Shown: positions 1 to 9,048 of the stretch, piece after piece
Position numbering within the stretch: position 1 is the stretch's first letter
How the letters are laid out: each line of letters starts with the position of its first letter
NCBI GenBank assembly: GCA_942491575.1
Contig: CALOBT010000031.1
Location: 162,008-186,007 of the forward strand
Direction of reading: 5' to 3'
DNA length: 24,000 nt
Source: an uncultured Spirochaetota bacterium
Lineage (GTDB): Bacteria > Spirochaetota > UBA4802 > UBA5550
Notes under the pieces: generated by a model
Told to the model about the DNA's origin: nothing
Databases searched by the model: none
What the model saw: the letters and a program-made list of their open reading frames with translations, nothing else
Position numbers and translations under genes: made by a program

Positions 1-2329
1 GGTCAGAGCGTCCGAAATCTACAATAAACCGCATTGCGGGAATATTAAAAACGTCAAAATTTTCACCCCATGAAAATGTCCCAACATTAAGGGAGTGGTT
101 GTCCCCACCTGCAGGATAGGGACCTCGGTTGAAGTAATCATGAAAAAATACAGTCTCTTTGGTGACGTCATGTTTCCAGTGGTATCGGTGAAGTTTGCCC
201 CATTGCCATTGTCCGGGATCGGAGCCCATTTTGTCCATGCAGAGGGTCACCGCTCCGGCGAGGGAGCGGGCGATGATATCATGACGGGTCTCTATTTTTT
301 TTGTTCTGATATTATCCCAGTAGGGGGAATTTTTACGGTGAACAAGATGATCCTCCGGGGCGCCGTATGACATATTATTAATATCGAGGAAGGCCTGCCA
401 GGCGTATCCCTTTTCCGGTCCAAGTTCATCAAGAAAAATATTCCGCGTGACGACGGACATGAAGGCCCCCATAACAGCGGCAGATGCTGAGCTGCTTTTC
501 ATGTGGCAGTCAAAGGTATCCGGTTTTAGAAGCTTCAGGGCCAGGCGGGCCCTTCTTTTTTCATTCCCGGAGGGGAGTTGCGCTACTGCATTGAGGATAT
601 CTTCCTTCTCTTCTTGAAATATCAGTCTCTGTATTTTTCCTGCCATTGGGGAGTACTGCTCGAAGTGGAGTTGTTTCATTTTACTGAATGTTCCCTTCTT
701 TAACTTCCCCAATAACTCTTTTAAGCGTTCTGCACGGTCAGGATGATACCATGAAGAAGTCATAGTCAGGGGGAAGTCAGTGGGAACTGTCCGGTTATTT
801 GCCGTGGCAAGGAAACCTGAGGCTGGATTGGTCTCGGAGGGATTTTTTACTGTTGAGGAAAATCCTTTCCAGTCGTACTCACCGTTCCACCCGGGTGACG
901 GCAGCATTCCCTTTCCTTTTTTTCTCAGGGGAAAACTCCCCGTAACCTGCCATGCTATATTTTCCGCATCGCCATAGATAATATTGAGATAGATGCTTTT
1001 TGCATCCAGCAGGGCCTGTTTTGCCTCCTTCATGGTTTTGGCCTTTCCCATCCGGTAGAATCCCCTGAAGGTGTCCTCCCCCCCTTCAAGGGCCCATGAA
1101 ATGGCAATGCCGTAATCGGATTTCACCGGAAGGGGTTGAACCGGGAGCATCTGTGGATAGGGGAGCCTTTTCAGGGCCTCGTTTAGCAGTGGCCCGTGTG
1201 AAGTCTCGACGATGCTGATTTCAACCGGGTCCTTTCCCTTTATTTTGAAGGTCTCATTTCTGACCTTTGCGGGGCGGTAATTTCCTTTATGAAAATAATA
1301 GGGGGTAACATTATCGTAGCGCATCTTCTCCAGGAAAAGATCCTGGCTGTCTGCCATCACCATGGTGGCCCCCCAGGCAATTTTCCCGTTATAGCCGAGT
1401 GTCACAACAGGTATCCCCGGTGCGGTGACCCCTGCAGCTTCATAGGTGGGGGACTTCAGGTGCATTATCATCCATGCATTAGGCACCATCAGTAGAAGAT
1501 GTGTATCGTTGCAGACTATCGATTTTCCGCTTAAAGTTTTTTCTCCCCCAAGGGCCCAGTTATTGGATGCGGGAATTCCCATTCCAAAAATATTCCTGAA
1601 GCCGTCCTTTATGCCCTTCAGGTGGGAGAGTTTTTTAATGAGCTGTTTCGGGTCTACTTCCTTTAGTTTAAGGGCCTCCTCCAGGGGAAGGGGTTCGTCT
1701 TCATATACAGGGAAGAGAGAGGCGGCCCGGGCATACCCCACCTTTTCGGCGAGGACGAGAAAGTGCAGCTCTTCGAGAAAATTATAGCTGACGCTGAGAT
1801 TGAGCATTCCGAAAACGAAGAGGGAATCCTCGGGGCGCCATTTCTGGGGGCGATAACCGGTAAGCACAAATTCAGCAGGAAAATTTTCACGGTTTTCCGT
1901 GTAGGCGTTAACACCGGCGGCGAATGAAGCGAGAACCTGGAGTGACTGCCGGTCAAGTTTTTTCATCGCCTCATGGACGAATTTTTTTGCGTTCAGGGTT
2001 CGCATAAAAACATCCATCTGAAGCATTTTTTTTCCAGCCATTTCAGCAAGGCGTCCCTGCATGGCCATGGACATCATGTACATCTGCCAGAGGCGGTCCG
2101 TCGCCGTTGCATACCCGGCTCCGAAAAAAAGGTCTTCTTCATTTTGGGCTTCCACGCATGGTATCCCCAGTGAGTCCCTGCGGATGAGCACCTGCTGGTG
2201 CAGCCCCTGCAGCATAACCATCCCGATGGATGGATCGATTGAACGGTGAAATCTGTTCTTATAGATACTGCAGCCACCGGTAGTTATGATCAGTGCGCTC
2301 AGAATAATTAAACATGTTTTTTTATTCAT
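1..2329 (-). CDS. Penicillin acylase family protein (Ntn-hydrolase), predicted lipoprotein; 3' end truncated by the left window edge
   Basis: Manual reverse-strand translation gives an open frame from the ATG at 2329 to position 2: MNKKTCLIILSALIITTGGCSIYKNRFHRSIDPSIG...VLIRRDSLGIPCVEAQNEEDLFFGAGYATATDRLWQMYMM...GMGIPASNNWALGG...TAPGIPVVTLGYNGKIAWGATMVMADSQDLFLE. The N-terminus carries a lipobox (TGGC), the 'DSLGIPxIxAxNEEDLFFGxGYxxAxDRLWQM' signature and the SNNWALGG nucleophile-Ser region. It is absent from the supplied ORF track, apparently because it runs off the window. Confidence 0.93.
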   Translation of the reverse strand, partial: MNKKTCLIILSALIITTGGCSIYKNRFHRSIDPSIGMVMLQGLHQQVLIRRDSLGIPCVEAQNEEDLFFGAGYATATDRLWQMYMMSMAMQGRLAEMAGKKMLQMDVFMRTLNAKKFVHEAMKKLDRQSLQVLASFAAGVNAYTENRENFPAEFVLTGYRPQKWRPEDSLFVFGMLNLSVSYNFLEELHFLVLAEKVGYARAASLFPVYEDEPLPLEEALKLKEVDPKQLIKKLSHLKGIKDGFRNIFGMGIPASNNWALGGEKTLSGKSIVCNDTHLLLMVPNAWMIMHLKSPTYEAAGVTAPGIPVVTLGYNGKIAWGATMVMADSQDLFLEKMRYDNVTPYYFHKGNYRPAKVRNETFKIKGKDPVEISIVETSHGPLLNEALKRLPYPQMLPVQPLPVKSDYGIAISWALEGGEDTFRGFYRMGKAKTMKEAKQALLDAKSIYLNIIYGDAENIAWQVTGSFPLRKKGKGMLPSPGWNGEYDWKGFSSTVKNPSETNPASGFLATANNRTVPTDFPLTMTSSWYHPDRAERLKELLGKLKKGTFSKMKQLHFEQYSPMAGKIQRLIFQEEKEDILNAVAQLPSGNEKRRARLALKLLKPDTFDCHMKSSSASAAVMGAFMSVVTRNIFLDELGPEKGYAWQAFLDINNMSYGAPEDHLVHRKNSPYWDNIRTKKIETRHDIIARSLAGAVTLCMDKMGSDPGQWQWGKLHRYHWKHDVTKETVFFHDYFNRGPYPAGGDNHSLNVGTFSWGENFDVFNIPAMRFIVDFGRSD

Positions 2330-2511
2330 GGGGAATTACCTCTCTCTGATTATTTTATAGTAAAAAATTTAGTAGAGTCAAGAATAATTGGAGGGAGGCG
2401 GAAAGTGCTGGAGCAATTTAATTTATTGATAAAAAACTTTTGCTGAATTTTAAAAATGATATTAGCCCTGCCCCCGGCCGATACATCTTCGTATGGTTCA
2501 TAAATGTCTTA

Positions 2512-2573
2512 CCGGCCACCCCCGGAGGGGGTTTAAAAAAACATTCAGAAACCCCCTCCGGGGGTGGCGCCGG
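2512..2573. repeat. Long perfect inverted repeat: 19-bp arms 2516-2534 and 2549-2567, 14-nt spacer, outer CCGG/CCGG extension
   Basis: Read directly: ccggCCACCCCCGGAGGGGGTTT aaaaaaacattcag AAACCCCCTCCGGGGGTGGcgccgg. The right arm is the exact reverse complement of the left arm. Confidence 0.9.
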
Positions 2574-2696
2574 AAAATTTATAAACATGATGTATATTGT
2601 GCGCCGGGGCCGACAGGCTGAAAGTATGATAACACTCTAAAATTAAGTTATTCAGGGATGTGAAATATTGATGCCTGATTTATGCAATTTTCGGGC

Positions 2697-2730
2697 AAAA
2701 AAATAGGGCCGTGGGGAGTGCCCCGGCCCT
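2697..2730 (-). terminator. Rho-independent terminator of the feo operon (minus strand)
   Basis: Minus-strand reading is AGGGCCGGGG CACT CCCC(AC)GGCCCT followed by ATTTTTTTG: a GC-rich stem with a 2-nt bulge and a T-tract, about 110 bp downstream of the last feo-linked ORF. Confidence 0.8.
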
Positions 2731-2838
2731 TTGTGAACATATCACATAACAAAATAAAAAATCAGGGTAAAACTAAACTTAAGAAATTTACTCTCTTAAT
2801 ATAGGTTTAAAAGGGATTTGATTCAATAGATGAATGTA

Positions 2839-3048
2839 TTATTTTAATTTAGGAGAAGACACATTTTTTTTATGGGGAATTCCCCCACCAGAAAGATCTA
2901 TGCAGGCATCACTGCCTGATGAACAACGGGCACATTTTTCCGGGGAACAGCCGATTTCTTCCGGTTTTCTTATGAAGCGGTAGATGCCGCGGAGTGCAAA
3001 GAAAAAGGCTGCTGCAAGAATTATTATTGTAATAGCTGTCTGAAGCAT
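2839..3048 (-). CDS. FeoB-associated Cys-rich membrane protein
   Basis: 69 aa, single N-terminal TM segment (AITIIILAAAFFFALRGIYRFI) then EEIGCSPEKCARCSSGSDACIDLS. It starts 4 bp after the feoB stop on the same strand, which matches the known small FeoB-associated family in architecture and position. Confidence 0.75.
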   Translation of the reverse strand: MLQTAITIIILAAAFFFALRGIYRFIRKPEEIGCSPEKCARCSSGSDACIDLSGGGIPHKKNVSSPKLK

Positions 3049-3052
3049 ATTG

Positions 3053-5719
3053 TTAACCCGTTATATATAATCCGATGCGATAGACCAGAAAAGTTACAAA
3101 CCACGCTACGGAAGTTGAATAAAGGGCGGAAAAAACAGCCCACCCCCAGCTGCCTGATTCGCGGCGAATGGTAGCCAGTACAGCCACGCAGGGAAAGTAG
3201 AGAAGGACGAAAAGTATGAAAACAAAGGCGACAAGGGGGGTAAAAACCTGTTCTCCCTTATGGGGGCCTGAGGAGTGCACCTGGTTTTTCAGACGATTGG
3301 CCAGGCTGGCACTTGCAGCAGATTCATTGTTGCTTCCCTGATACAGGACTCCAATGGTGCCTACGACAACCTCTTTGGCTGCGAGTCCGGTTATTATGCT
3401 GATGCTAATTTTCCAGTCAAAGCCCAGGGGCTGCATAACCGGTTCGACGAAATGGCCGAGTCTGCCGATAAAGGAATTTTCCAGGTATTTCTGTTCCATG
3501 GCCAGTTGCATATTTTTAATGGCTGCTTCTTTTTTTTCTAAAAGTATTTTTTTCTTTTTTTCTGCCGCATCTGCGGGAAGTTTGCTGAGCAGTGCGATTT
3601 CACCGCGATAGCTATCCTCTACGGCGGCACTTTTCTCCTGGAAGTTCTTTTCCAGTTCAGGCTGGAGTGGAAATTTTCCCAGGGCCCAGATAATAATAGA
3701 AGCTATCAGGATAACACCACCGATTTTTTTCAGATATTCAACAGCCTTTTCCCACATATGTTTTGCAATGGTTTTTAGCTGCGGTCTCCGGTACGGGGGA
3801 AGCTCCATTACAAAGGGGATTTCTTCTGCACGGAAAAGTGTTTTTTTCAATAGAATGCCGGAAAGGGCAGCAACAAGTATACCTGTCAGGTAAATGATAA
3901 AGAGCATACTGCCCGCAGACCGGGAAAAAAATGCCCCTATAAACAGGACATAGACGGGAAGCCGCGCAGAGCATGACATGAAGGGAGTAATCAGCATCGT
4001 AAGGAGGCGATCGTTGCGGCTTTCAATTGTCCGGGTAGCCATAATTGCCGGGACATTGCAGCCGAAACCCATCAGCATGGGGATGAAGGATTTCCCGTGA
4101 AGGCCGATACGGTGCATAGCCTTATCCATGATAAAAGCAGCCCTGGCCATGTAGCCCGTATCTTCCATAAATGATATCAGGAAAAAGAGTATCAGAATAT
4201 TGGGAAGGAAAATAATTACTCCGCCAATCCCCGCCAGTATACCGTTTATGATGAGGTCCTTTAAGGCCCCAGGCGGCATTGTTGAAGAAATGAAGGAGGA
4301 AATCCATGTTATCCCTGCATCGATCCAGTTCATAGGATAGTCCCCGAGGATAAAGGTCAGCTGAAAAGTCAGCCACATGAAAAGAATAAAAAGGGGAATG
4401 CCTAAATATGTATGGGTTACCACACGGTCAATTTTTTCGCTTCGGGTTCTTGCGGGGCGTTGAGCCGTATGATAGGTTTCTCTCAGGGCCCCGGAGATGA
4501 AGGCGTACTTCGCATCCGCCATGACCGATTCGGTGTCTTCGCTCAACAGGGATTCAAGGCGGATAATTTCTTCAGTTGCTTCATGGAAAATCTGGGTACG
4601 GTTTGGACAGTGCCTGAAAATCATTTCTTCTGAGGGGCTGTCCTTCTCAAGGAGTTTTATTGCAAGGAATCTTGAGGAGACGATGTCTGTCAGGGTATAG
4701 TTTTCTTCAAGTTTAATTTTTGACTGGATGGAAGAGATTGACCGTTCTATTTCATTCCCATAATTGATGTGAATGTGGCGCATGGTTTCTTCACGGTCTT
4801 CGTAAACCTGGATGACTTTTTTTATCATGTCATCAATGCCCTGTCCCTTCGACGAGACCGTCGGTACAAAGGGGATCCCAATCATTTTACCAAGGGTCTC
4901 GAAATCGAAGCGGTCCCCTTTTTTTTCCATTTCATCATAGATGTTCAGGGCCACTACAACCTTGATATCCATATCAATCAGCTGCGTTGTAAGATACAGG
5001 TTTCGTTCAAGATTCGATGAGTCGACTACATTAACAACAACGTCAGGAGTATTTTCAAAGATATGATTTCTTACATATATTTCTTCCGGTGTATATTCTG
5101 TTATTGAATAGGTGCCGGGGAGATCAACAATATTAAAATTATATCCCTGGAGTTTGAAGCTCCCCTCCTTCGCTCCGACGGTAACACCACTGTAGTTGCC
5201 AACCCTCTCCTTCATGCCGGCGACGTGATTAAAAAGTGTTGTTTTCCCGCAATTGGGATTTCCCACCAGGGCAATGTTGATCGTTTTCGAGGCAGATTCC
5301 GGAGTCATTGGGTGGGAAGATTTTTCCCTTTCCGCGGCGTGCTGCTGCCGGAGTAATCTCCATCCCCTGGGGCCCCTTCGGGGGACAGGTTCCCGGTGAA
5401 AATGGCTTAAATGCTTTTCTTTTTGATACAAAAAGTGGTTGCGATGCCCCGGGGCAGTCTCTTCTTCCGGAGGAAATGCAGGTTTTTGACTTTCCCCCCG
5501 TGGGACTACATCGATGAGACGCGCTTCATTTCGGCGCAGTGAGACATTGTAGCCCATTATTTTATATTCGATGGGGTCCCGAAGGGGTGCACTTTTGATG
5601 ACTTCCACTTCCTTGCCCCTGACAAAACCCATCTCCATAATGCGCTTGCGAAAGGCTCCGCGTCCCCGCACTTTGGTTATAATTGCCCTGTCTCCGTTAT
5701 TGAGTTCCGCCAGTGTCAT
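3053..5719 (-). CDS. feoB: Ferrous iron transport protein, FeoA-FeoB fusion
   Basis: 888 aa. FeoA-like SH3 domain at the N-terminus (MTLAELNNGDRAIITKVRGRGAFRKRIMEMGFVRGKEVEVIKSAPLRDPIEYKIMGYNVSLRRNEARLIDV). Then the FeoB GTPase (NIALVGNPNCGKTTLFNHVAG, NIVDLPGTYS) and the Gate/TM domains (MGFGCNVPAIMATRTIESRNDRLLTMLITPFMSCSARLPVY). RBS-like AGGAAA precedes the ATG. Confidence 0.97.
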   Translation of the reverse strand: MTLAELNNGDRAIITKVRGRGAFRKRIMEMGFVRGKEVEVIKSAPLRDPIEYKIMGYNVSLRRNEARLIDVVPRGESQKPAFPPEEETAPGHRNHFLYQKEKHLSHFHREPVPRRGPRGWRLLRQQHAAEREKSSHPMTPESASKTINIALVGNPNCGKTTLFNHVAGMKERVGNYSGVTVGAKEGSFKLQGYNFNIVDLPGTYSITEYTPEEIYVRNHIFENTPDVVVNVVDSSNLERNLYLTTQLIDMDIKVVVALNIYDEMEKKGDRFDFETLGKMIGIPFVPTVSSKGQGIDDMIKKVIQVYEDREETMRHIHINYGNEIERSISSIQSKIKLEENYTLTDIVSSRFLAIKLLEKDSPSEEMIFRHCPNRTQIFHEATEEIIRLESLLSEDTESVMADAKYAFISGALRETYHTAQRPARTRSEKIDRVVTHTYLGIPLFILFMWLTFQLTFILGDYPMNWIDAGITWISSFISSTMPPGALKDLIINGILAGIGGVIIFLPNILILFFLISFMEDTGYMARAAFIMDKAMHRIGLHGKSFIPMLMGFGCNVPAIMATRTIESRNDRLLTMLITPFMSCSARLPVYVLFIGAFFSRSAGSMLFIIYLTGILVAALSGILLKKTLFRAEEIPFVMELPPYRRPQLKTIAKHMWEKAVEYLKKIGGVILIASIIIWALGKFPLQPELEKNFQEKSAAVEDSYRGEIALLSKLPADAAEKKKKILLEKKEAAIKNMQLAMEQKYLENSFIGRLGHFVEPVMQPLGFDWKISISIITGLAAKEVVVGTIGVLYQGSNNESAASASLANRLKNQVHSSGPHKGEQVFTPLVAFVFILFVLLYFPCVAVLATIRRESGSWGWAVFSALYSTSVAWFVTFLVYRIGLYITG

Positions 5720-5865
5720 AATTTCCTGCTTCCGATTTGAGAATGAGTCACAATAATAGATTTAATGTTAGCGTCAACTAATTATTTTTGTCAATCCTAA
5801 AATATATAAGTTACAGAAGATATTTCAATTCTGTCCGAAAGGGAAATGTCCGATAAGTAACTGAT

Positions 5866-7431
5866 ATGAATCCCGTGAGTATAAAATATGAAGTAATTGC
5901 AGGGGAGGGAACAGATCCCCTCCTGATGATACAACGGGGAGACCGTAGTGTCCCCCTGCACAGCAGGCGTAATCCCCGCCGGGAAGGGGAGATCCTCCGT
6001 GATAAATTTTCTGAAGCAGGTGAAGGAATTCTGATCGTACTCGGCGTAGGCCTTGGCTATCACCTGATTTCGCTGCAGGAAGGGGAGAATCGATTTTCAA
6101 AAGTAATTCTTATCGATATTCTTTCCGGTATTGAAGAACATTTTTATAAGATAGAGGATTTAAAAAATTTCAGGGAAGTACTTAATCCCGTATTTTTTAC
6201 CGGCGCTACCCTGCGGAAACTTGAAAAGAGTCTCCCGGAACATATAAGTCTTGATGAGGGTGGACGCATTACCGTCGTGGAGCATCCCGCCTCTATGCGC
6301 CTGTTTCATGAATATTACGATGAAGTAAAGGCCCTGATTCGCCGTACAATCGACGGGAAGGCGGCAAACAGGATCACCAGGGGTGCCTTTGACAGGCTCT
6401 ATCTTCGAAATTCCTTGAAAAATTTATTTTACCTTGGGGCCCTTCGTCCGGTGAAGGCCCTTTTCGACAAGGGCGCCGGAAGGGACGCCCTTGTCCTCTC
6501 CTCAGGGCCATCCCTGGATATAACCGTAGAGACCCTTGCGGGGTCAGAGCATCTTCCTTTTATTATTGTCGTTGATTCTGCCCTTCCCGTTTTGAGGAGT
6601 TACGGGATTGAGGCTGACTGCATCGTATCCATTGATCCCCAGTTCCATATCATGGAGCACCTCAGGTTCGGCCGCGGGGATGTTCCCGCAGTGGTGGGGA
6701 CCCTCTCCGGCTATACGGGGCTCTGGCCCTGGGCAGGCAGCGATGGATGTTTTCTTACCCTGAACAGTCATCCCCTTGCCCAGCTGATGGATCAGCTTTA
6801 TCCGGGGGTCGTCGGTTCCATCGATTCTCACACGGGGACTGTCGCCGGGGAGTCGCTTATGCTGGCCATCAGGATGGGTTTTGACCGTATTGGTGTAGCG
6901 GGCCTTGACTTTTCCTTTCCACGCTTCAGAATATATGCCAGGGGGAGTGCCTACCAGGAACGTTTTGGTCACTTTTTTAATAACCGATTTTCTCCCGTTG
7001 AAACATTCAACGGCCGATATATCAGGCAGGCCAGTGGTGCCGTCTTTGCAGAGGGTATCCCGTCACGCCGGTCATTTTTGCAGTACAGGGATTCCCTCGG
7101 TCAGTTGATCCGAAATGAGGGAAGCAGCAGGATTCTGCAAATTTGTGGTGAGGGCCTCTCCCTGCCGGGAACCGAATCTATGGGGATTCAGAATTTTCTG
7201 GAAGAGGGCAAAAAGGGGGGCCGGGGGGGAAGTCATGGCCTGCTGAATGATACTGCAGCAGTTCCGGTGATTGGAGATCGTGTCGACCTGTCGGAACTGC
7301 ACAGGCTGCTGCAGCGGGAGGAAGTAATCCAACAGGTCCTAGAGGCCTCCCTTGAGAATATTTCTCATGAAATAATGTCCGCTGGAAAGAATTTTATGCA
7401 AAAAATGACCGCAGCTGCGGGTTTGCCATAA
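5866..7431 (+). CDS. 6-hydroxymethylpterin pyrophosphokinase MptE-like / DUF115 motility-associated factor (Maf-type) protein
   Basis: 521 aa with DALVLSSGPSLD...PFIIVVDSALPVLRSYGIEADCIVSIDPQ, SHTGTVAGESLMLAIRMGFDRIGVAGLDFSF, typical of the DUF115/MptE-like family. Confidence 0.85.
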   Translation: MNPVSIKYEVIAGEGTDPLLMIQRGDRSVPLHSRRNPRREGEILRDKFSEAGEGILIVLGVGLGYHLISLQEGENRFSKVILIDILSGIEEHFYKIEDLKNFREVLNPVFFTGATLRKLEKSLPEHISLDEGGRITVVEHPASMRLFHEYYDEVKALIRRTIDGKAANRITRGAFDRLYLRNSLKNLFYLGALRPVKALFDKGAGRDALVLSSGPSLDITVETLAGSEHLPFIIVVDSALPVLRSYGIEADCIVSIDPQFHIMEHLRFGRGDVPAVVGTLSGYTGLWPWAGSDGCFLTLNSHPLAQLMDQLYPGVVGSIDSHTGTVAGESLMLAIRMGFDRIGVAGLDFSFPRFRIYARGSAYQERFGHFFNNRFSPVETFNGRYIRQASGAVFAEGIPSRRSFLQYRDSLGQLIRNEGSSRILQICGEGLSLPGTESMGIQNFLEEGKKGGRGGSHGLLNDTAAVPVIGDRVDLSELHRLLQREEVIQQVLEASLENISHEIMSAGKNFMQKMTAAAGLP

Positions 7432-7558
7432 AATTTTCGATTCTGAATTTCGCACCTCCCCGTTGTGAAATTACATTAAATGAAAAATGAAAGCTGGCCG
7501 ATTATGTAACTGATAACTCCGGTTTTCTGGAGAATACAAGGAAACAGGTTGAAGAATT

Positions 7559-8392
7559 ATGGAAAATTTTGACCACCAGCAGCAGGGAAATGTAAAGGAG
7601 AAGCAGTTTTATCTGCTTCATCTGGATACGCCGCGAATTATTATAGTAGCGTCAGTTATAATCGGTCTTGTCGTAATTTCCTTTTTAATGGGGATGAATT
7701 TTATCGGTGATAACGGAAGCGCAAAACAACTCGCGTCAGATAAAATGCTCTTCAACGAGAAGGGCGGAACAAATTTTTTGAATGAGGATATTCCCTCTCC
7801 CCCTCACGGAGAACTGGATAAGAAGCCCTTTGATGATAAACTCGTTCTTGGGGATGAACCTGAGAGTGATGATAAAAAAAACAATAAAATAATAGCGAAG
7901 GGGTCTGATAAAAGTACCGGGAAAACAGCATCTTCAGACATGCTCTCCAGTGATGAGATCAATGAGATAATTCCACCGATACCGGAAGAGAAAAAGGAAC
8001 CGGTAAAGAATAAGTATGCAGGGGAAAAAAAGAAAAGTGATGTGCGGAAAGTTGTCCGTAAAAGAAAAGCACCAAAGAAACAGGTAGCAAAAAAGAAAAG
8101 ACGCAAAAGCCGCGTAATTGAAGTCTCTGATAATACCGGCGGAAAGGCTCGGATACGTTCGGGATATGCGATTCAAATTGCTTCCTTCGATACCCATACC
8201 AGGGCGAAGAGAGAAATGAAACGTCTTCACGGAATGAAGTATGATGCGTATATCGAGAGTTCCAGGGTCAGCGGGAAAAAATACTACCGTGTCCGCGTAG
8301 GAACCATTTCTAACCGTAAAAAGGCAATTCGGCTTCTGAATGAAATTCAGGATAAAGAGAGATATAAAAATAGTTATATGATTAAAGAGTAG
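7559..8392 (+). CDS. SPOR domain-containing protein with an N-terminal TM anchor
   Basis: 277 aa. TM segment IIIVASVIIGLVVISFLMGMNFI, a long Lys/Glu-rich linker, and a C-terminal SPOR-like domain (SGYAIQIASFDTHTRAKREMKRLHGMKYDAYIESSRVSGKKYYRVRVGTISNRKKAIRLLNEI). Confidence 0.85.
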   Translation: MENFDHQQQGNVKEKQFYLLHLDTPRIIIVASVIIGLVVISFLMGMNFIGDNGSAKQLASDKMLFNEKGGTNFLNEDIPSPPHGELDKKPFDDKLVLGDEPESDDKKNNKIIAKGSDKSTGKTASSDMLSSDEINEIIPPIPEEKKEPVKNKYAGEKKKSDVRKVVRKRKAPKKQVAKKKRRKSRVIEVSDNTGGKARIRSGYAIQIASFDTHTRAKREMKRLHGMKYDAYIESSRVSGKKYYRVRVGTISNRKKAIRLLNEIQDKERYKNSYMIKE

Positions 8393-8399
8393 ATAACAG

Positions 8400-9044
8400 A
8401 TGCAGGTCCTGTTTCGAAAAACCAGGGAGCTGATTCATAAAATAGATCAGTTTATTGATCTTACTGCTGAGGCGAGTCTTCATTTCAGGCGTGCATTGAA
8501 TTTCTATCTTGACGATCGCCGTGACGAATTCAAGGACCGCTTCAACACCATTAAGGAAATTGAGAGCCGGGCCGATACGGTCCGGCGTGATATTGAAGGG
8601 CAACTCTATGTCCAGACCCTCATCCCGGAGTCGAGGGGGGATGTCCTGGGGATCCTCGAGTATATGGATTACCTGACGGATAATGCCAAATCTACAATTC
8701 TTGCTTTTTCCATAGAACAGCCTGACATCCCCGAGGATGTCAGCAATGATTATCGTGAACTGGTGGACCCGGTTTGCCATAGCGTTGAAAGCCTTGTACA
8801 GGCGACGCGATCCTTTTTTTATGACCTTGCCGCCGTAAAGGACCACCTGCGCCTGGTTAAATTTTATGAACGTGAGGCTGATGCCCTCGTAGAGAAAACC
8901 AAAAGGGATATCTATGCCCATGAGATAGATCTGGCACGCAAGCAGCAGCTCAGGGATTTTGCCGACTATATTGATAATATTGCCGATGCTGCCCTGGAGG
9001 TTGCGGACCGTCTTGGCATTGCCGCAATAAAACGGATCGGGTAG
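8400..9044 (+). CDS. DUF47 (PhoU-like) family protein
   Basis: 214 aa all-helical protein (FNTIKEIESRADTVRRDIEGQLYVQTLIPESRGDVLGILEYMDYLTDNAKSTI...DFADYIDNIADAALEVADRLGIAAIKR), 4 bp upstream of a PiT transporter, the canonical DUF47-PiT arrangement. Confidence 0.9.
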   Translation: MQVLFRKTRELIHKIDQFIDLTAEASLHFRRALNFYLDDRRDEFKDRFNTIKEIESRADTVRRDIEGQLYVQTLIPESRGDVLGILEYMDYLTDNAKSTILAFSIEQPDIPEDVSNDYRELVDPVCHSVESLVQATRSFFYDLAAVKDHLRLVKFYEREADALVEKTKRDIYAHEIDLARKQQLRDFADYIDNIADAALEVADRLGIAAIKRIG

Positions 9045-9048
9045 GGTA

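Noticed and set aside
95-2277. Several small ORFs on both strands (95-370, 780-977, 1289-1495, 1446-1787, 1663-1956 minus, 1973-2173, 2061-2249, 2074-2277 minus)
   Set aside because: All are alternative-frame shadows of the penicillin acylase gene on the minus strand.
2440-2640. 66-aa plus ORF spanning the GC-rich inverted repeat
   Set aside because: The coding potential comes from the repeat (TPGGG...TPSGGG) and there is no RBS or family resemblance.
3275-5517. Multiple plus- and minus-strand ORFs of 68-88 aa within feoB (3275, 3354, 3738, 4122, 4412, 4497, 4769, 5308)
   Set aside because: Shadow ORFs in alternative frames of the clear FeoAB coding sequence.
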